Origin: Cyanobacteria bacterium J06626_4
Lineage (GTDB): Bacteria; Cyanobacteriota; Cyanobacteriia; Phormidesmidales; Phormidesmidaceae
Direction: 5' to 3'
DNA: 64,000 nucleotides
NCBI GenBank assembly: GCA_038523235.1
Contig: JBCBJQ010000007.1
Span: 58,192 to 122,191 of the forward strand
The notes under the pieces were generated by a model. That model saw only the letters and a program-made list of their open reading frames with translations. It did no database searches and was not told where the DNA came from. Of the stretch, positions 19,158 through 29,799 are shown piece by piece (the first letter of the stretch is position 1; each line of letters starts with the position of its first letter). A program made the translations under genes and the position numbers.

Positions 19158-19175
19158 TCTGGAATGGTCATTCAA
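19158..19175. promoter_or_regulatory. Candidate TetR operator 1
   Basis: TCTGGAATGGTCATTCAA (dyad GAATG-GT-CATTC) upstream of the tetR gene; 14/18 identical to the reverse complement of 19946-19963. Confidence 0.55.
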
Positions 19176-19210
19176 TTAATGGACTACAGTGAGGAGGGAG
19201 GTGCAGGAGT

Positions 19211-19792
19211 ATGGCGCGCACTAAGGCATTTGACCCCGACATCGCCTTGTCTAAGGCGATGGACGTTTTCTGGCAGAAAGGCTACACGGCGACATCGGTG
19301 CATGACTTGGTGACGGCGATGGGCATTAACCGGGGCAGTCTGTACGACACGTTTATTGACAAGCGACATCTATTTTTGCAAGCGATCGCCCACTATCACG
19401 ACACCGTCGTAACGGCAGCGATCGCTCATCTGCAAGCACCGGGTGCGGCCCGAGTCGAGATTGAACAGCACTTTATCAATTTGGCCGCCCGGGCGAGCGC
19501 TGACCGACAGCGACGAGGCTGTTTGGTAACCAACACCGTGGTTGAGCTAGCGGGGCAAGATGCGGAAATCGCTAGCTTAGTCAAGCAAGGAATGCGGCGA
19601 GTAGAAGAGGCGTTTTACCGAGCTTTATTGAGAGCGCAAGATCACGGTGAGATTAGCGCTGAAAAAGACATTCGGGCGTTGGCTCAATATTTAACCAGTA
19701 GTCTGCAAGGGGTGCGCGTCATGGCCAAGACTGGCGCGGATGCAGCAACATTACAGACAATCGTCAGACTCATTTTGCACGCCTTGGATTAG
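19211..19792 (+). CDS. TetR/AcrR-family regulator (NemR/ComR-like)
   Basis: MARTKAFD...FWQKGYTATSVHDLVTAMGINRGSLYDTF HTH and RGCLVTN. Confidence 0.92.
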   Translation: MARTKAFDPDIALSKAMDVFWQKGYTATSVHDLVTAMGINRGSLYDTFIDKRHLFLQAIAHYHDTVVTAAIAHLQAPGAARVEIEQHFINLAARASADRQRRGCLVTNTVVELAGQDAEIASLVKQGMRRVEEAFYRALLRAQDHGEISAEKDIRALAQYLTSSLQGVRVMAKTGADAATLQTIVRLILHALD

Positions 19793-19831
19793 CGCTGTGC
19801 TCAGTCGCCAGGCCGGTTGGGACAAGACTGC

Positions 19832-19900
19832 GGCCACTTTACAGAGGCGCTGAGCATCAGAGCTCTCCGAGGTCTCCTCAGCCAAGTGGCCAGCGCGATA
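19832..19900. repeat. REPIN-like dispersed element, copy C
   Basis: GGCCACTTTACAGAGGCGCTGAGCATCAGAGCTCTCCGAGGTCTCCTCAGCCAAGTGGCCAGCGCGATA, preceded by CAGTCGCCAG as in copy A. Confidence 0.75.
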
Positions 19901-19945
19901 AAAAGCCATTCCTCAGAGAATCCTCAGGAACAATTCATTTTATAT

Positions 19946-19963
19946 TTGACTGTTCGTTCCAGA
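19946..19963. promoter_or_regulatory. Candidate TetR operator 2
   Basis: TTGACTGTTCGTTCCAGA, about 30 nt upstream of the peroxiredoxin-like gene. Confidence 0.55.
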
Positions 19964-19992
19964 ATGGAGAAGAAGTGACAAGAGCGTAATTT

Positions 19993-20643
19993 GTGATGAG
20001 CTTGACCCAAGACCTCGCCCAGTTCGCCGCTAAGATGAAAGACCAGTTGCCCGCCGAAGCTCAGGTCACCATGGCCAAGGCCGGTAACGAAATCGCCCAG
20101 CTGGGTATCGAAGACCAAAGCCTGAAAGTGGGCGACGCGATTCCTCCGGTGACCTTGCCAAATGCCCTAGGTAAATCGGTGGCCGTGCCAGACCTGCTGA
20201 AAGCTGGCCCCGTGGTGATTGCCTTTTATCGCGGTGGCTGGTGCCCCTACTGCAATATGGAACTCCGAGCCCTGCAACAGGCGCTGCCAGCCATCAAAGC
20301 CCAGGGTGCACAACTCGTCGCGATCGCCCCAGAAACGCCTGATAATTCTCTATCGACACAAGAAAAAAACGACTTGTCCTTTGAAGTGCTCAGCGATGTC
20401 GGCAATCAGGTCGCCCGCGCCTTTGGCCTGGTGTTTACCTTGCCAGAATACCTGCGTCCCCTTTATCAGAGCTTCGGCATTGACCTAGCAGCCTACAACG
20501 GCGACAGTTCCTTCGAGTTGCCTGTCCCTGCCACCTATGTGGTCGACACTACGGGCAACATTGTTCATGCCTTTGTAAACGTTGATTATACTCAGCGCGA
20601 AGACCCCGAGAATATCGTGGCGGCGCTGCAGCAGATCTCCTAG
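19993..20643 (+). CDS. Peroxiredoxin-like (AhpC/TSA) family protein
   Basis: FYRGGWCPYC, LSDVGNQVARAFGL and ELPVPATYVVD. Confidence 0.9.
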   Translation: MMSLTQDLAQFAAKMKDQLPAEAQVTMAKAGNEIAQLGIEDQSLKVGDAIPPVTLPNALGKSVAVPDLLKAGPVVIAFYRGGWCPYCNMELRALQQALPAIKAQGAQLVAIAPETPDNSLSTQEKNDLSFEVLSDVGNQVARAFGLVFTLPEYLRPLYQSFGIDLAAYNGDSSFELPVPATYVVDTTGNIVHAFVNVDYTQREDPENIVAALQQIS

Positions 20644-20729
20644 AGCCGGCCATATTCGGATGGTGTGTGGCCGGTGGAATCTTGCTCACAGGTCACCGCT
20701 CTTAATAAGTAGGTAGCCATCAATAAACC

Positions 20730-20774
20730 TTGCCTTTAGGGCGTTGGGTTGTTACCACAACGCCCCAAAGGCAA
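20730..20774. repeat. REP-like hairpin between convergent genes
   Basis: TTGCCTTTAGGGCGTTG...CAACGCCCCAAAGGCAA (16 of 17 arm positions pair). Confidence 0.55.
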
Positions 20775-20898
20775 TTAGGGCTTTCCACCGATCAGGGCGC
20801 AGTCATACCTGATTTCAAAGGGGTTTCCCTTGAGTGTGATATGCGCCTTGGCCATTTTCCGCTGCTCGACAGCCAGGAATGGCCGAGCTGGCCGTCGT

Positions 20899-21225
20899 CT
20901 ATTGGTCGATCACCGGAGCCAGCATCATGAGTTCACTGCTGTCATCTGCGATCGCGGGTTGCAGCATCGCCAGCAGTTCAGGATATTGCTCGGCAAATTG
21001 GGCTTCCGTCAAGTCTGCATTCAGCACCGTGCCCGCATTATCGGCGATCGTATACAAATAGCCAGCGGGCGCTGAGGTGAGGGTGACGGTGTGATCGCGC
21101 AGCACCAACTGTGTAATCACCGCTGATGCAACGGGTGTGGCTTCGGGTTCATTTGCCACGCCCAATCCTGCCAGACCCAAAAGTGTCGTGACGGCAATCG
21201 CCGTCGCTAACCCTAAATACCTCAT
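20899..21225 (-). CDS. Hypothetical exported protein (108 aa)
   Basis: Signal-peptide-like N-terminus and a strong GGAGG RBS. Confidence 0.65.
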   Translation of the reverse strand: MRYLGLATAIAVTTLLGLAGLGVANEPEATPVASAVITQLVLRDHTVTLTSAPAGYLYTIADNAGTVLNADLTEAQFAEQYPELLAMLQPAIADDSSELMMLAPVIDQ

Positions 21226-21508
21226 GGCTTTGACCTCCTTAGAACCTATCGATAGCAGTCACCAGCCCCATAGGGACAAGACTGCGAGCCATTTTGATTC
21301 TGTGCTAAGTAGCAAAAAGCTCCTAGGAGCCTGATCAAAATAGCCATCGTTATAGTTAGCAGGATACACAATTCACCGACTCAGTTTGAGGCAGAGGGCA
21401 GTCTCGGCAGTCGCCCCATCTGTGAACCAGAACGGCTGTGTCGCCCGCTTTTGGGCGATTTTTCTGGAGTCGCAATGAGGCTGGTCAATGGCTAACTATG
21501 GCAATAAT

Positions 21509-21979
21509 TTATCGTCCATGACACTGCTTAAACTTTTTGCCGCTGCCGCACCAGCAGGGCTCATTCCGTTTCGGTTCCAGCGGTGGTAACAGATCGCCAT
21601 CGAGATAAAACCAGCGGCCTTTTTGCTGCTTAAAGCGCGATCGCTCATGAATTTGACCGATGTGATCTGACTGGTAGCGAGCAACAAATTCCACGACGCC
21701 GGTCATATCGGCAGGCTGACCCTGTTCTGTCTGTAGCACTGTGAGGCCGAGCCAGGTCGTATTTTGCATGCTTTTTGTGAGGGCAGCGCGATCGCCCAAG
21801 GCCCGCTTGAACGGATGGTGGGTCGCGGTCAAATAGTCTACCTGGCCCTGGCAATAGGCCGTATAGCGCGATCGCATCAGTGCTTCAGCCGTCGGGGCGA
21901 TCGCTTGACCAAGCAAATATGGTTGGCAGCAGGTATTAAAAGGGCGTTGGCTGCCGCAAGGACAGTTGGCAGTCAGCAT
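21509..21979 (-). CDS. YchJ-family protein with SEC-C motifs
   Basis: CPCGS...TAEALMRSRYTAY...HERSRF...WFYLDG...RNEPCWCGSGKKFKQCHG. Confidence 0.92.
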   Translation of the reverse strand: MLTANCPCGSQRPFNTCCQPYLLGQAIAPTAEALMRSRYTAYCQGQVDYLTATHHPFKRALGDRAALTKSMQNTTWLGLTVLQTEQGQPADMTGVVEFVARYQSDHIGQIHERSRFKQQKGRWFYLDGDLLPPLEPKRNEPCWCGSGKKFKQCHGR

Positions 21980-22236
21980 AGCGGTAGAGAGGGAGAGGGA
22001 ACTGACATCAACAAACTGTAGTTAAATCGAGACCGGTCAAATTCCCGAAGTCATCATCTGACACGCATCTTAATCTCGAATTCCGACTTCCACATTCCGC
22101 TGCTAAGGTCGGCTGCAAGACGAGCCATGCTATCGGTAAGCAGCCATCACCAAGCAGGGCTCGCCCCTACAGAGAGCGTTTCTGTCTTGGAGATTTGGTT
22201 TAAACGCCAAGTCTTGAAAGCCGACGGAGCGATCGA

Positions 22237-23922
22237 CTAGCGCGCTGTGAGCGGCGATGATGACGTGCGCCAGAGTTCTTCTAGCTTGTTCGCTGGGATC
22301 GTTAGATACAGCACATCTTGATTATCTAGCACGTGGGACAGCAACTCAAACCCATGCAGGTCTCCCCGAGGGGTCTTTATATAGAGCGGCACCAAGTCAG
22401 CTTCCTGCGCAATCTCAGCCGTGGCTCTGCCGTAAAAGGTATGGCCTGGGGTGATTAAAGTGCCCAGTGCGACCCACAGGCTGTCACCAGTGATGCCGTT
22501 GCCCAAAACCTGGCCCCCCAGGGCGGCCGCCGCAAAGGAAGGGGCAGCCAACTCAGTGGGACTCATCACCCGGTTAAACTCAAACACCTGCTGCACCTGC
22601 CGGGCAAAGTTGGGGTCTTGATTACGCACGACAATGGGCAGCTTGGGCGCTAAACTTTTTGCCATCAGCGCAATCTCTAGATTGTCGGTGTCGTGACTTG
22701 TGACGGCTAACAGCGCTGTGGCCGTCGGAATATGCACGGCATTCAGCGCATCGGGCAGGCTCGCATCATCGATGATGACGGGGATTTTAAGCGCCCGCGC
22801 CCCTTTAATAAACCGCCCCTGGGGATCACGCTCGATCGCCACCACCTCATGACCACCACTTTTCAGTCGTTGAGCAATCTGAAAGCCGACAGCGCCTAAC
22901 CCACAAATGATGTAGTGGTTGCGCTGGGGTAGCTGCACGGCATTCCACACCTGATGAAAATGGCTGCCCAAAACGAGGTCATTGAGCAACGCATAAAACA
23001 CCCCGATCACCCCAGCCCCGACCAGCATCATGACAGCCGTAAAGACCTTAATGGCCACGGGGGCTTGTTCAGCGACTTCTTCGTGCCCCCCAGCGCCCGT
23101 CAGCATGCCGACAGTGAAGTAAAGGGCATCGGGAAAGGGGATCGCAAAATTGACGCTAACGTAGGTGAGCGCCGAAACGATGATGAGGAAAAACAGCACC
23201 AGGGTGATCAGCAGCGCGGCCTGGCTCTGGCGCCGAAACTGAGTCAACCCGGCAAAGAAGCTTTTGAGGCGGCGCTCCCAGGAGAGGCGCTGACTGCGAG
23301 TGGCTTTGGGCCGGGTGGCCACGATCAACCGATCGCCCGTCTCTAACTTGTGATCGTGCAGCACCGCTGACACCAAATCCACCTTTTGATGGGCGGGATG
23401 GTAATAAATCAGCATGCGATCGCGATTGTCCCAAAGATGTCTCATCAGCGCCCCGTTCCAGGGATGGCGATCATCAATGAGTTCTTCGTACATGGGCCAG
23501 TTAGCCCCCATCAGGTCGATTTGACCGATGGCGGTGTTGCCCAGGGCGGCAAAAGCAAAAATTGGCCCCGACAAGGCTGAGACACTCATCGAGACGTGAT
23601 AAGCCAGCGTTTGGTCGAGTCGGCTGCCGAGTCGGCTGTTGATCAGGCGATTGATGATGCGAATGCGTGGATTAATTACCCGCGCTTGGGTCAAAATCGC
23701 CAGGTTGAGCGCATCGTCGGACGACATCAGCAACAGCGCCGTGGCGTCGCGAATGCCGGCTTGAATGAGAATTTCCGGCGATCGCAAATCACCGACAATA
23801 ATGCCGTCGTCTTCTCGAGGAAGAGTGCTGATGCCTGTCACCAGTACCCCCTGCCGTTTCAGCAGCGAGAAAACTCGATAGCCCGTATTGCCCAACCCGC
23901 AAACAATAATTTTCGGCTTCAT
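22237..23922 (-). CDS. RCK(TrkA-N)-pore-RCK potassium channel family protein
   Basis: Two IICGLG Rossmann motifs flank two TM helices and the pore helix DALYFTVGMLTGAGG. Start inferred at ATG 23922. Confidence 0.85.
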   Translation of the reverse strand: MKPKIIVCGLGNTGYRVFSLLKRQGVLVTGISTLPREDDGIIVGDLRSPEILIQAGIRDATALLLMSSDDALNLAILTQARVINPRIRIINRLINSRLGSRLDQTLAYHVSMSVSALSGPIFAFAALGNTAIGQIDLMGANWPMYEELIDDRHPWNGALMRHLWDNRDRMLIYYHPAHQKVDLVSAVLHDHKLETGDRLIVATRPKATRSQRLSWERRLKSFFAGLTQFRRQSQAALLITLVLFFLIIVSALTYVSVNFAIPFPDALYFTVGMLTGAGGHEEVAEQAPVAIKVFTAVMMLVGAGVIGVFYALLNDLVLGSHFHQVWNAVQLPQRNHYIICGLGAVGFQIAQRLKSGGHEVVAIERDPQGRFIKGARALKIPVIIDDASLPDALNAVHIPTATALLAVTSHDTDNLEIALMAKSLAPKLPIVVRNQDPNFARQVQQVFEFNRVMSPTELAAPSFAAAALGGQVLGNGITGDSLWVALGTLITPGHTFYGRATAEIAQEADLVPLYIKTPRGDLHGFELLSHVLDNQDVLYLTIPANKLEELWRTSSSPLTAR

Positions 23923-24166
23923 CTCGCGCAATGATTCAAAGCGTGGGACTTGACAATACTCTCGCACGTTGGTTCCCAATATCTATTCATACTCTGTAGC
24001 CTAGGGTTAAAAACGTTGTAGCTTGAGATACGACAGGGGCGGATTGCCGCAATTTAAATGTCTGCCGATCACCCCAAAGGCGATGTAACTCCGCCCTGTG
24101 GTTAGCTGAATCGGATGTCAGTCCTCCCGCCTTCAAAACCTCGCACTGCCCAAAAAACGCACATCA

Positions 24167-24208
24167 CAAAAGCGCTGCCTCTTCCCTGGTGAAGAGGCAG
24201 CGCTTTTG
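24167..24208. terminator. Terminator of ndhB
   Basis: 18-bp perfect arms CAAAAGCGCTGCCTCTTC / GAAGAGGCAGCGCTTTTG. Confidence 0.8.
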
Positions 24209-24226
24209 CCATCCAGTGGTGCCGCT

Positions 24227-25810
24227 CTAAAGCGCGGTGGCAGTGGTTTCAGCCACCGGTGATGTCAGCGCAATCGGTTGAGTGGGCTGAGTCGTATTCG
24301 CGATCGCCGCCCTAAGAAAGGGCGTATGACTAATCGAATTATTTGCCAGCGTAAAGAGCGGATTCGAGAGAATCCCCGCCAGCGACGTGGCTACTACTGC
24401 CAAAATCAAGCTTACCTGCAGTGGTCGTAGCCCCGGCAGATCCCACCGCACGGGCGGATAGTTTTTGATCGCATCGGACATTTCCTGGGGTTCTTTAACC
24501 ACCATCATCTTGACCACGCGAATGTAGTAATAGATGGAAATCACGCTGGTCACCAGACCGACCAGCACCAAGCCGTAGGCCCCCGCCTGCCAGCCCGCCC
24601 AAAAGATGTAGAGCTTACCAAAAAAGCCCGCCAGGGGAGGAATGCCCCCCAGCGACAGGAGACAAATGCTCAAACACAGGGTCAGCAGCGGATCTTTTTG
24701 GTAGAGACCGCTGTATTCACTAATCTGATCCGTACCTGTCCGCAATGAGAAGAGGATGACGCAGGTAAAGCCCCCCAGGTTCATAAACAGATAGATCAGC
24801 AGATAGAACACCATGCTGGAATAGCCCGCTTCGGTGCCGACCACCAAGCCAATCATCAAAAAGCCCGCCTGGGCGATCGACGAGTAGGCCAATAGTCGCT
24901 TCATGCTGGTTTGGGCCAAGGCAACCACGTTACCCAGCACCATGCTGAGCACCGCCAGTGCCGTAAAGACAAAGTGCCATTGCTGTGACACCAGGGGAAA
25001 AACCGTCACCAATAGGCGAATAGCTAAAGCAAACCCAGCCGTTTTGGAGCCCACCGAAAGGAAAGCCACCACCGGGGTGGGCGACCCTTCATACACATCA
25101 GGACTCCACTGGTGAAAGGGCACGGCGGCAATTTTGAAGGCAATGCCCGCGATCGCAAACACTAAGGCGACAACTAACCCAATCGGCGGCGCGCTACCCG
25201 TTGTGACAAAGCTGGCGGCAATATCGCCGAGCTGCATCTTGCCACCCGATAGCCCGTACAGCAGGGAAATGCCATAGAGGAAAATCGCGGAACTGGCGGC
25301 CCCAATCAGCAGGTACTTCAGCGCGGCCTCGTTCGAACGAGGATCACGCTTCATGTAGCCGGTCAATAAGTAAGAGGAGATACTGAGCGTTTCTAGCGAG
25401 ACAAAGATCGTGACGAGGTCGTTGGCCCCCGACAAAAACATGCCGCCCAGGGTAGCCGTCAGCAAAATCACCAAAAATTCTGCCAGGGCAGTGCCGGATT
25501 GCTCCACATAGCGAATTGACATGGGCACCGTAGCCGCCGCCGAGAGCACGATGATGCCGCGAAAGACAATACTCAGGTCATCTCCCATGTAGCTGCCCAA
25601 GAAGCTCAAGGGGGTGGCCGTGTCCCACTGATAAACCAAGGCGACCACGGCCCCCAACATCCCGGCAATGGTGAGATAGGGCGTCCAACGCGACGAGGCG
25701 CGTCCGGCAATGAGGTCACTCACCAGCACGATCAACAGGGTCGCGACCACAATTCCTTCAGGGAGAATAATGCCCACGTTGAGCTGGGAGGCAATATTCG
25801 AAACGTCCAT
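24227..25810 (-). CDS. ndhB: NAD(P)H-quinone oxidoreductase subunit 2
   Basis: [42 protein letters not shown] and [14 protein letters not shown]. Confidence 0.97.
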   Translation of the reverse strand: MDVSNIASQLNVGIILPEGIVVATLLIVLVSDLIAGRASSRWTPYLTIAGMLGAVVALVYQWDTATPLSFLGSYMGDDLSIVFRGIIVLSAAATVPMSIRYVEQSGTALAEFLVILLTATLGGMFLSGANDLVTIFVSLETLSISSYLLTGYMKRDPRSNEAALKYLLIGAASSAIFLYGISLLYGLSGGKMQLGDIAASFVTTGSAPPIGLVVALVFAIAGIAFKIAAVPFHQWSPDVYEGSPTPVVAFLSVGSKTAGFALAIRLLVTVFPLVSQQWHFVFTALAVLSMVLGNVVALAQTSMKRLLAYSSIAQAGFLMIGLVVGTEAGYSSMVFYLLIYLFMNLGGFTCVILFSLRTGTDQISEYSGLYQKDPLLTLCLSICLLSLGGIPPLAGFFGKLYIFWAGWQAGAYGLVLVGLVTSVISIYYYIRVVKMMVVKEPQEMSDAIKNYPPVRWDLPGLRPLQVSLILAVVATSLAGILSNPLFTLANNSISHTPFLRAAIANTTQPTQPIALTSPVAETTATAL

Positions 25811-26280
25811 CCGGCTGACTGCTCCAACGAGATAAGTAATAGATTGACCGCGAAAGCGGCGTCACTGCCAGCACTAGTCGCTGACGATCGCCAATCTTCA
25901 GGGTTCCAATGGCATATTACCCTGGGAACCGGCGTTTCGGGGTACCTCTCGGGGTATGAGTTCTGACTATGGTTGTAATTAACTGCCACCAGGCTGGCCG
26001 GTGACCACCCTCCAGCTCCCAATACCAGCTCAGGCCCGCAATACCAGAGCCTGAATCCTTCCCACCACTCGTGTTTACATCAAAAGATGTGGGTATTCTC
26101 GGGAGCAAATGCGCTAACTTCGACTTAGCGATCGCGAAGAGATGTGCTAGGAGTGAACAGAAGATGGGATAAAAACCGAGCAATTCAGCCGTGAAACTGA
26201 AATCTTAGTTAACAATCCTTTCCGAATGCTCCGCTTATTCGCTAACGTCACGGAATCTAGGAACCCCCTAACGCTTATCT

Positions 26281-29073
26281 ATGTCCACCCTCGTCATCGT
26301 TGAGTCGCCCACCAAGGCCAAAACTATTCGCAACTACCTGCCGCGCGGGTATCGGGTTGAAGCCTCCATGGGGCACGTGCGCGACTTGCCGCGATCGGCG
26401 AGCGAAATTCCGGCGGCGGTCAAGGGCGAAAAGTGGGCTCAACTGGGGGTAAATCCCGAGGCGGATTTTGAACCGCTGTATGTCGTCCCCTCGGATAAAA
26501 AGAAAGTTGTTAAGACGCTCAAAGACGCCCTCAAAAATGCTGATGAGCTGGTACTCGCGACTGACGAAGACCGCGAAGGCGAGAGCATTAGTTGGCACCT
26601 GCTACAGATCTTGAAACCCAAAGTGCCGATCAAGCGCATGGTGTTTCATGAGATTACCGAAGAAGCGATTCAGCAGGCGCTCGACAACTGTCGCGATATT
26701 GACGACCAGCTGGTGCGGGCCCAAGAAACTCGCCGCATTTTAGATCGATTGGTGGGCTACACCCTGTCTCCTTTGCTGTGGAAGAAAATTGCCTGGGGAC
26801 TGTCAGCCGGGCGCGTGCAGTCAGTCGCCGTCAAGCTCCTCGTCGAGCGCGAGCGGGCGCGGCGGGCCTTCCGTCGCGGTTCCTATTGGGATCTGAAAGC
26901 CCAATTACTGAAGGAACAAGATGCCTTTGAGGCAAAACTCATCACCTTAGACGGCAAACGCCTCGCGACCGGCAGCGACTTTGACGAAAACACCGGTCAA
27001 ATTGCCGCCGGTCGCGATGTCGTCTTGCTGAATGAAACGGAAGCGACGGCGCTGCAGGCGAGACTGCAAGCCGGTGCCTGGACGGTCGCCAACTTAGAAG
27101 AGCGCCCTTCCACGCGTAAGCCTTCGCCGCCGTTCACCACTTCGACGCTGCAGCAGGAATCGAACCGCAAGCTGCGCCTGTCGGCTCGGGATACGATGCG
27201 CGTAGCGCAGAGCCTCTATGAGCAAGGCTACATCACCTATATGCGAACCGACTCAGTGCATCTGTCGCAGCAGGCCATTAGTGCTGCCCGCAGCTGCGTT
27301 GAGGCAATGTATGGGCCGGAATATCTCAGCCCCAAATCACGCCAGTACGCGACAAAAAGCAAGTCAGCCCAAGAGGCCCACGAAGCGATTCGTCCAGCCG
27401 GTCAAAGCTTCCGCACGCCTCAAGCTACCGGTCTTAGCGGTCGTGAGCGATCGCTCTACGATTTGATCTGGAAGCGCACGGTCGCCACCCAGATGGCGGA
27501 AGCGCGGCAGACCAATATTACCGTCCAGATTGAAGTGGACAATGCAATCTTTCGGGCTAGCGGCAAGCGGATTGATTTTGCCGGTTTCTTTCGAGCCTAT
27601 GTTGAGGGCTCTGATGACCCCGATGCGGCGATCGAAAATCAAGAAATCCTGCTGCCCCGGCTAGCGGTGGGCGACGCCGTGAACTGCAGCGAGCTAGAAG
27701 CCGTTGGTCACGAAACGCAACCCCCCGCCCGCTACACCGAAGCGACCCTGGTTAAAACGTTGGAAAGCGAAGGTATTGGTCGCCCGAGCACCTACGCCAG
27801 CGTCATTGGCACCATTATCGATCGCGGCTACGTGACAGCCAACGGCAACAGCCTAACGCCCACCTTTACCGCCTTTGCCGTGACTGATTTGCTGTCTAGC
27901 CACTTCCCCGACTTGGTGGATGTGGGCTTCACCGCCCGGATGGAGCGCACCCTCGATCACATCTCCACCGGGGAAGCGGAATGGCTGCCTTACCTCAAGG
28001 GGTTTTACAGCGGCGGCGACGGGTTAGAAACCCAGGTGCACGAACAGGAAAGCCAAATCGATCCGGCAGAGGCTCGCACGGTTGATCTGGATGGCTTAGA
28101 AGCGAAGGTGCGCATTGGTCGTTACGGCCCCTATGTCGAAACAGAGGACGAAAGCGGCCCGGTCAAAGCGTCGGTGCCGGTGGATGTTTCCCCGGCGGAT
28201 CTGGATGCAGATCAGGTGACTTTGCTGCTCAAGCAAAAGCTGGAAGGGCCAGAAAAACTCGGCCTGCATCCTGAAACGGGTGAGCCGATCTACGTGCTCA
28301 TCGGTGCCTATGGTCCCTATGTGCAGCTGGGTGAAGCGACTGAAGAGCAGCCCAAACCCAAACGTGCGTCCTTACCCAAGGGCAAAAAGCCCGAAGACGT
28401 GACCATCGAAATGGCCGTCGGCCTGTTGGCTTTGCCTCGTTTGCTCGGCGCTCATCCTGAGACCGGCAAACCCGTCAAAGCCAGCTTGGGCCGCTTTGGT
28501 CCCTATGTGGTGCATGACCAGGGCAAAGACGGCAAAGACTATCGCTCGCTCAAGGGCGACGATGGCGTGCTCACGGTTTCTCTAGAGCGGGCGCTGGAAC
28601 TGCTGGCGCAACCGAAGGCCGGTCGCGGTCGGCGCAAAGCCGAACCGTTGAAAGAACTCGGCAAGCACCCCGATGATGACGAGCTAATTGCCGTCTACAA
28701 AGGCCCCTATGGCCTTTACGTGAAGCACGGCAAGACGAATGCCGGATTGCCGGAGGGTAAAACTGAAAGTGACATCACCCTGGAAGAGGCGATCGCCCTA
28801 ATCACTGCCAAAGCGGGCACGAAAAAGAAAACGACCCGTAAGAAGACCACCGCCAAGTCTGGCAGCAAGGCCAAAACCACTGCGAAGAAGACCACCGCTA
28901 AGAAAACAACGGCGAAAAAGACGACTGCCAAGAAAACTACGACGCGCAAAACGACGACAACGAAGCGAGCTGCGGCCACTAAATCGACCGGCAGCAAAAC
29001 GACCACCGCGAAAAAATCGGCGGCTAGTAAAAAGTCATCGACAGCTAAGAAATCGACTGAACCCGAAGCTTAG
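26281..29073 (+). CDS. topA: DNA topoisomerase I with Lys/Thr/Ala-rich C-terminal tail
   Basis: [30 protein letters not shown], catalytic [15 protein letters not shown] repeats and (KKTTA)n. Confidence 0.97.
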   Translation: MSTLVIVESPTKAKTIRNYLPRGYRVEASMGHVRDLPRSASEIPAAVKGEKWAQLGVNPEADFEPLYVVPSDKKKVVKTLKDALKNADELVLATDEDREGESISWHLLQILKPKVPIKRMVFHEITEEAIQQALDNCRDIDDQLVRAQETRRILDRLVGYTLSPLLWKKIAWGLSAGRVQSVAVKLLVERERARRAFRRGSYWDLKAQLLKEQDAFEAKLITLDGKRLATGSDFDENTGQIAAGRDVVLLNETEATALQARLQAGAWTVANLEERPSTRKPSPPFTTSTLQQESNRKLRLSARDTMRVAQSLYEQGYITYMRTDSVHLSQQAISAARSCVEAMYGPEYLSPKSRQYATKSKSAQEAHEAIRPAGQSFRTPQATGLSGRERSLYDLIWKRTVATQMAEARQTNITVQIEVDNAIFRASGKRIDFAGFFRAYVEGSDDPDAAIENQEILLPRLAVGDAVNCSELEAVGHETQPPARYTEATLVKTLESEGIGRPSTYASVIGTIIDRGYVTANGNSLTPTFTAFAVTDLLSSHFPDLVDVGFTARMERTLDHISTGEAEWLPYLKGFYSGGDGLETQVHEQESQIDPAEARTVDLDGLEAKVRIGRYGPYVETEDESGPVKASVPVDVSPADLDADQVTLLLKQKLEGPEKLGLHPETGEPIYVLIGAYGPYVQLGEATEEQPKPKRASLPKGKKPEDVTIEMAVGLLALPRLLGAHPETGKPVKASLGRFGPYVVHDQGKDGKDYRSLKGDDGVLTVSLERALELLAQPKAGRGRRKAEPLKELGKHPDDDELIAVYKGPYGLYVKHGKTNAGLPEGKTESDITLEEAIALITAKAGTKKKTTRKKTTAKSGSKAKTTAKKTTAKKTTAKKTTAKKTTTRKTTTTKRAAATKSTGSKTTTAKKSAASKKSSTAKKSTEPEA

Positions 29074-29121
29074 CGATCGCGCGGAATACACTGACCAGAT
29101 ACGAATGAATACACGATTGCC

Positions 29122-29724
29122 ATGTCTTCATTCATTGGGCATAGCTTAGTTGGCGGGACAATAGGGTGGCTTACGTCGCCAGTCCCATACCAGCGGAAAT
29201 TGATGCGGGTGCTCTGGGGTGGTTGGCTCATCATCGTTGCCGTGATCCCCGATCTGGATTATGTCGTTCCCTGGCTGCATCCCAGTGCGCATGACGGCTT
29301 GCGCATCACGCATTCCCTCTTGTTTGCCGCATTGCTGCCGGCCCTGACGCTGCTGGGCCTTAAATTCGCTGGGGTTGGACGAGAGGCCCTTAAACACTCC
29401 GGCTTACTGCTCGTATTAGCTGGTTTTTCCCATATTGGGATGGATCTGTTGGTGGGCGTGACCGCTTTACCGTTACTGTGGCCCGTCAGCGATCGCCTTT
29501 TCCGCTTACCCTTTGGTCTGCTACCCAGCGCCGGAAAATTGAGTTGGGTCAACTTCTACTTCTATTACAATTTGTCGATTGAGCTGGGTGTGCTGTTGCC
29601 GCTCATTGTCTGTATTTTTATTCGGCAATCGAGAATTTCTGCTCAAGCCCGGTGGGGTTTGATTGCCATCCTGTTATTAGTATCCGCTGGCTTTATGCAT
29701 TGGGCCTATGGTTTGAGTCGTTGA
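29122..29724 (+). CDS. Membrane-bound metal-dependent hydrolase (YdjM-like)
   Basis: GHS...PDLD...RITHSL...SHIGMD. Confidence 0.8.
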   Translation: MSSFIGHSLVGGTIGWLTSPVPYQRKLMRVLWGGWLIIVAVIPDLDYVVPWLHPSAHDGLRITHSLLFAALLPALTLLGLKFAGVGREALKHSGLLLVLAGFSHIGMDLLVGVTALPLLWPVSDRLFRLPFGLLPSAGKLSWVNFYFYYNLSIELGVLLPLIVCIFIRQSRISAQARWGLIAILLLVSAGFMHWAYGLSR

Positions 29725-29799
29725 TGGTGCTGATAATGTCAGAAGGGTTCAGTCAGAATTGCTGAACAAGAGTGAATTGTCACCGTAGTGGATGAAAGT

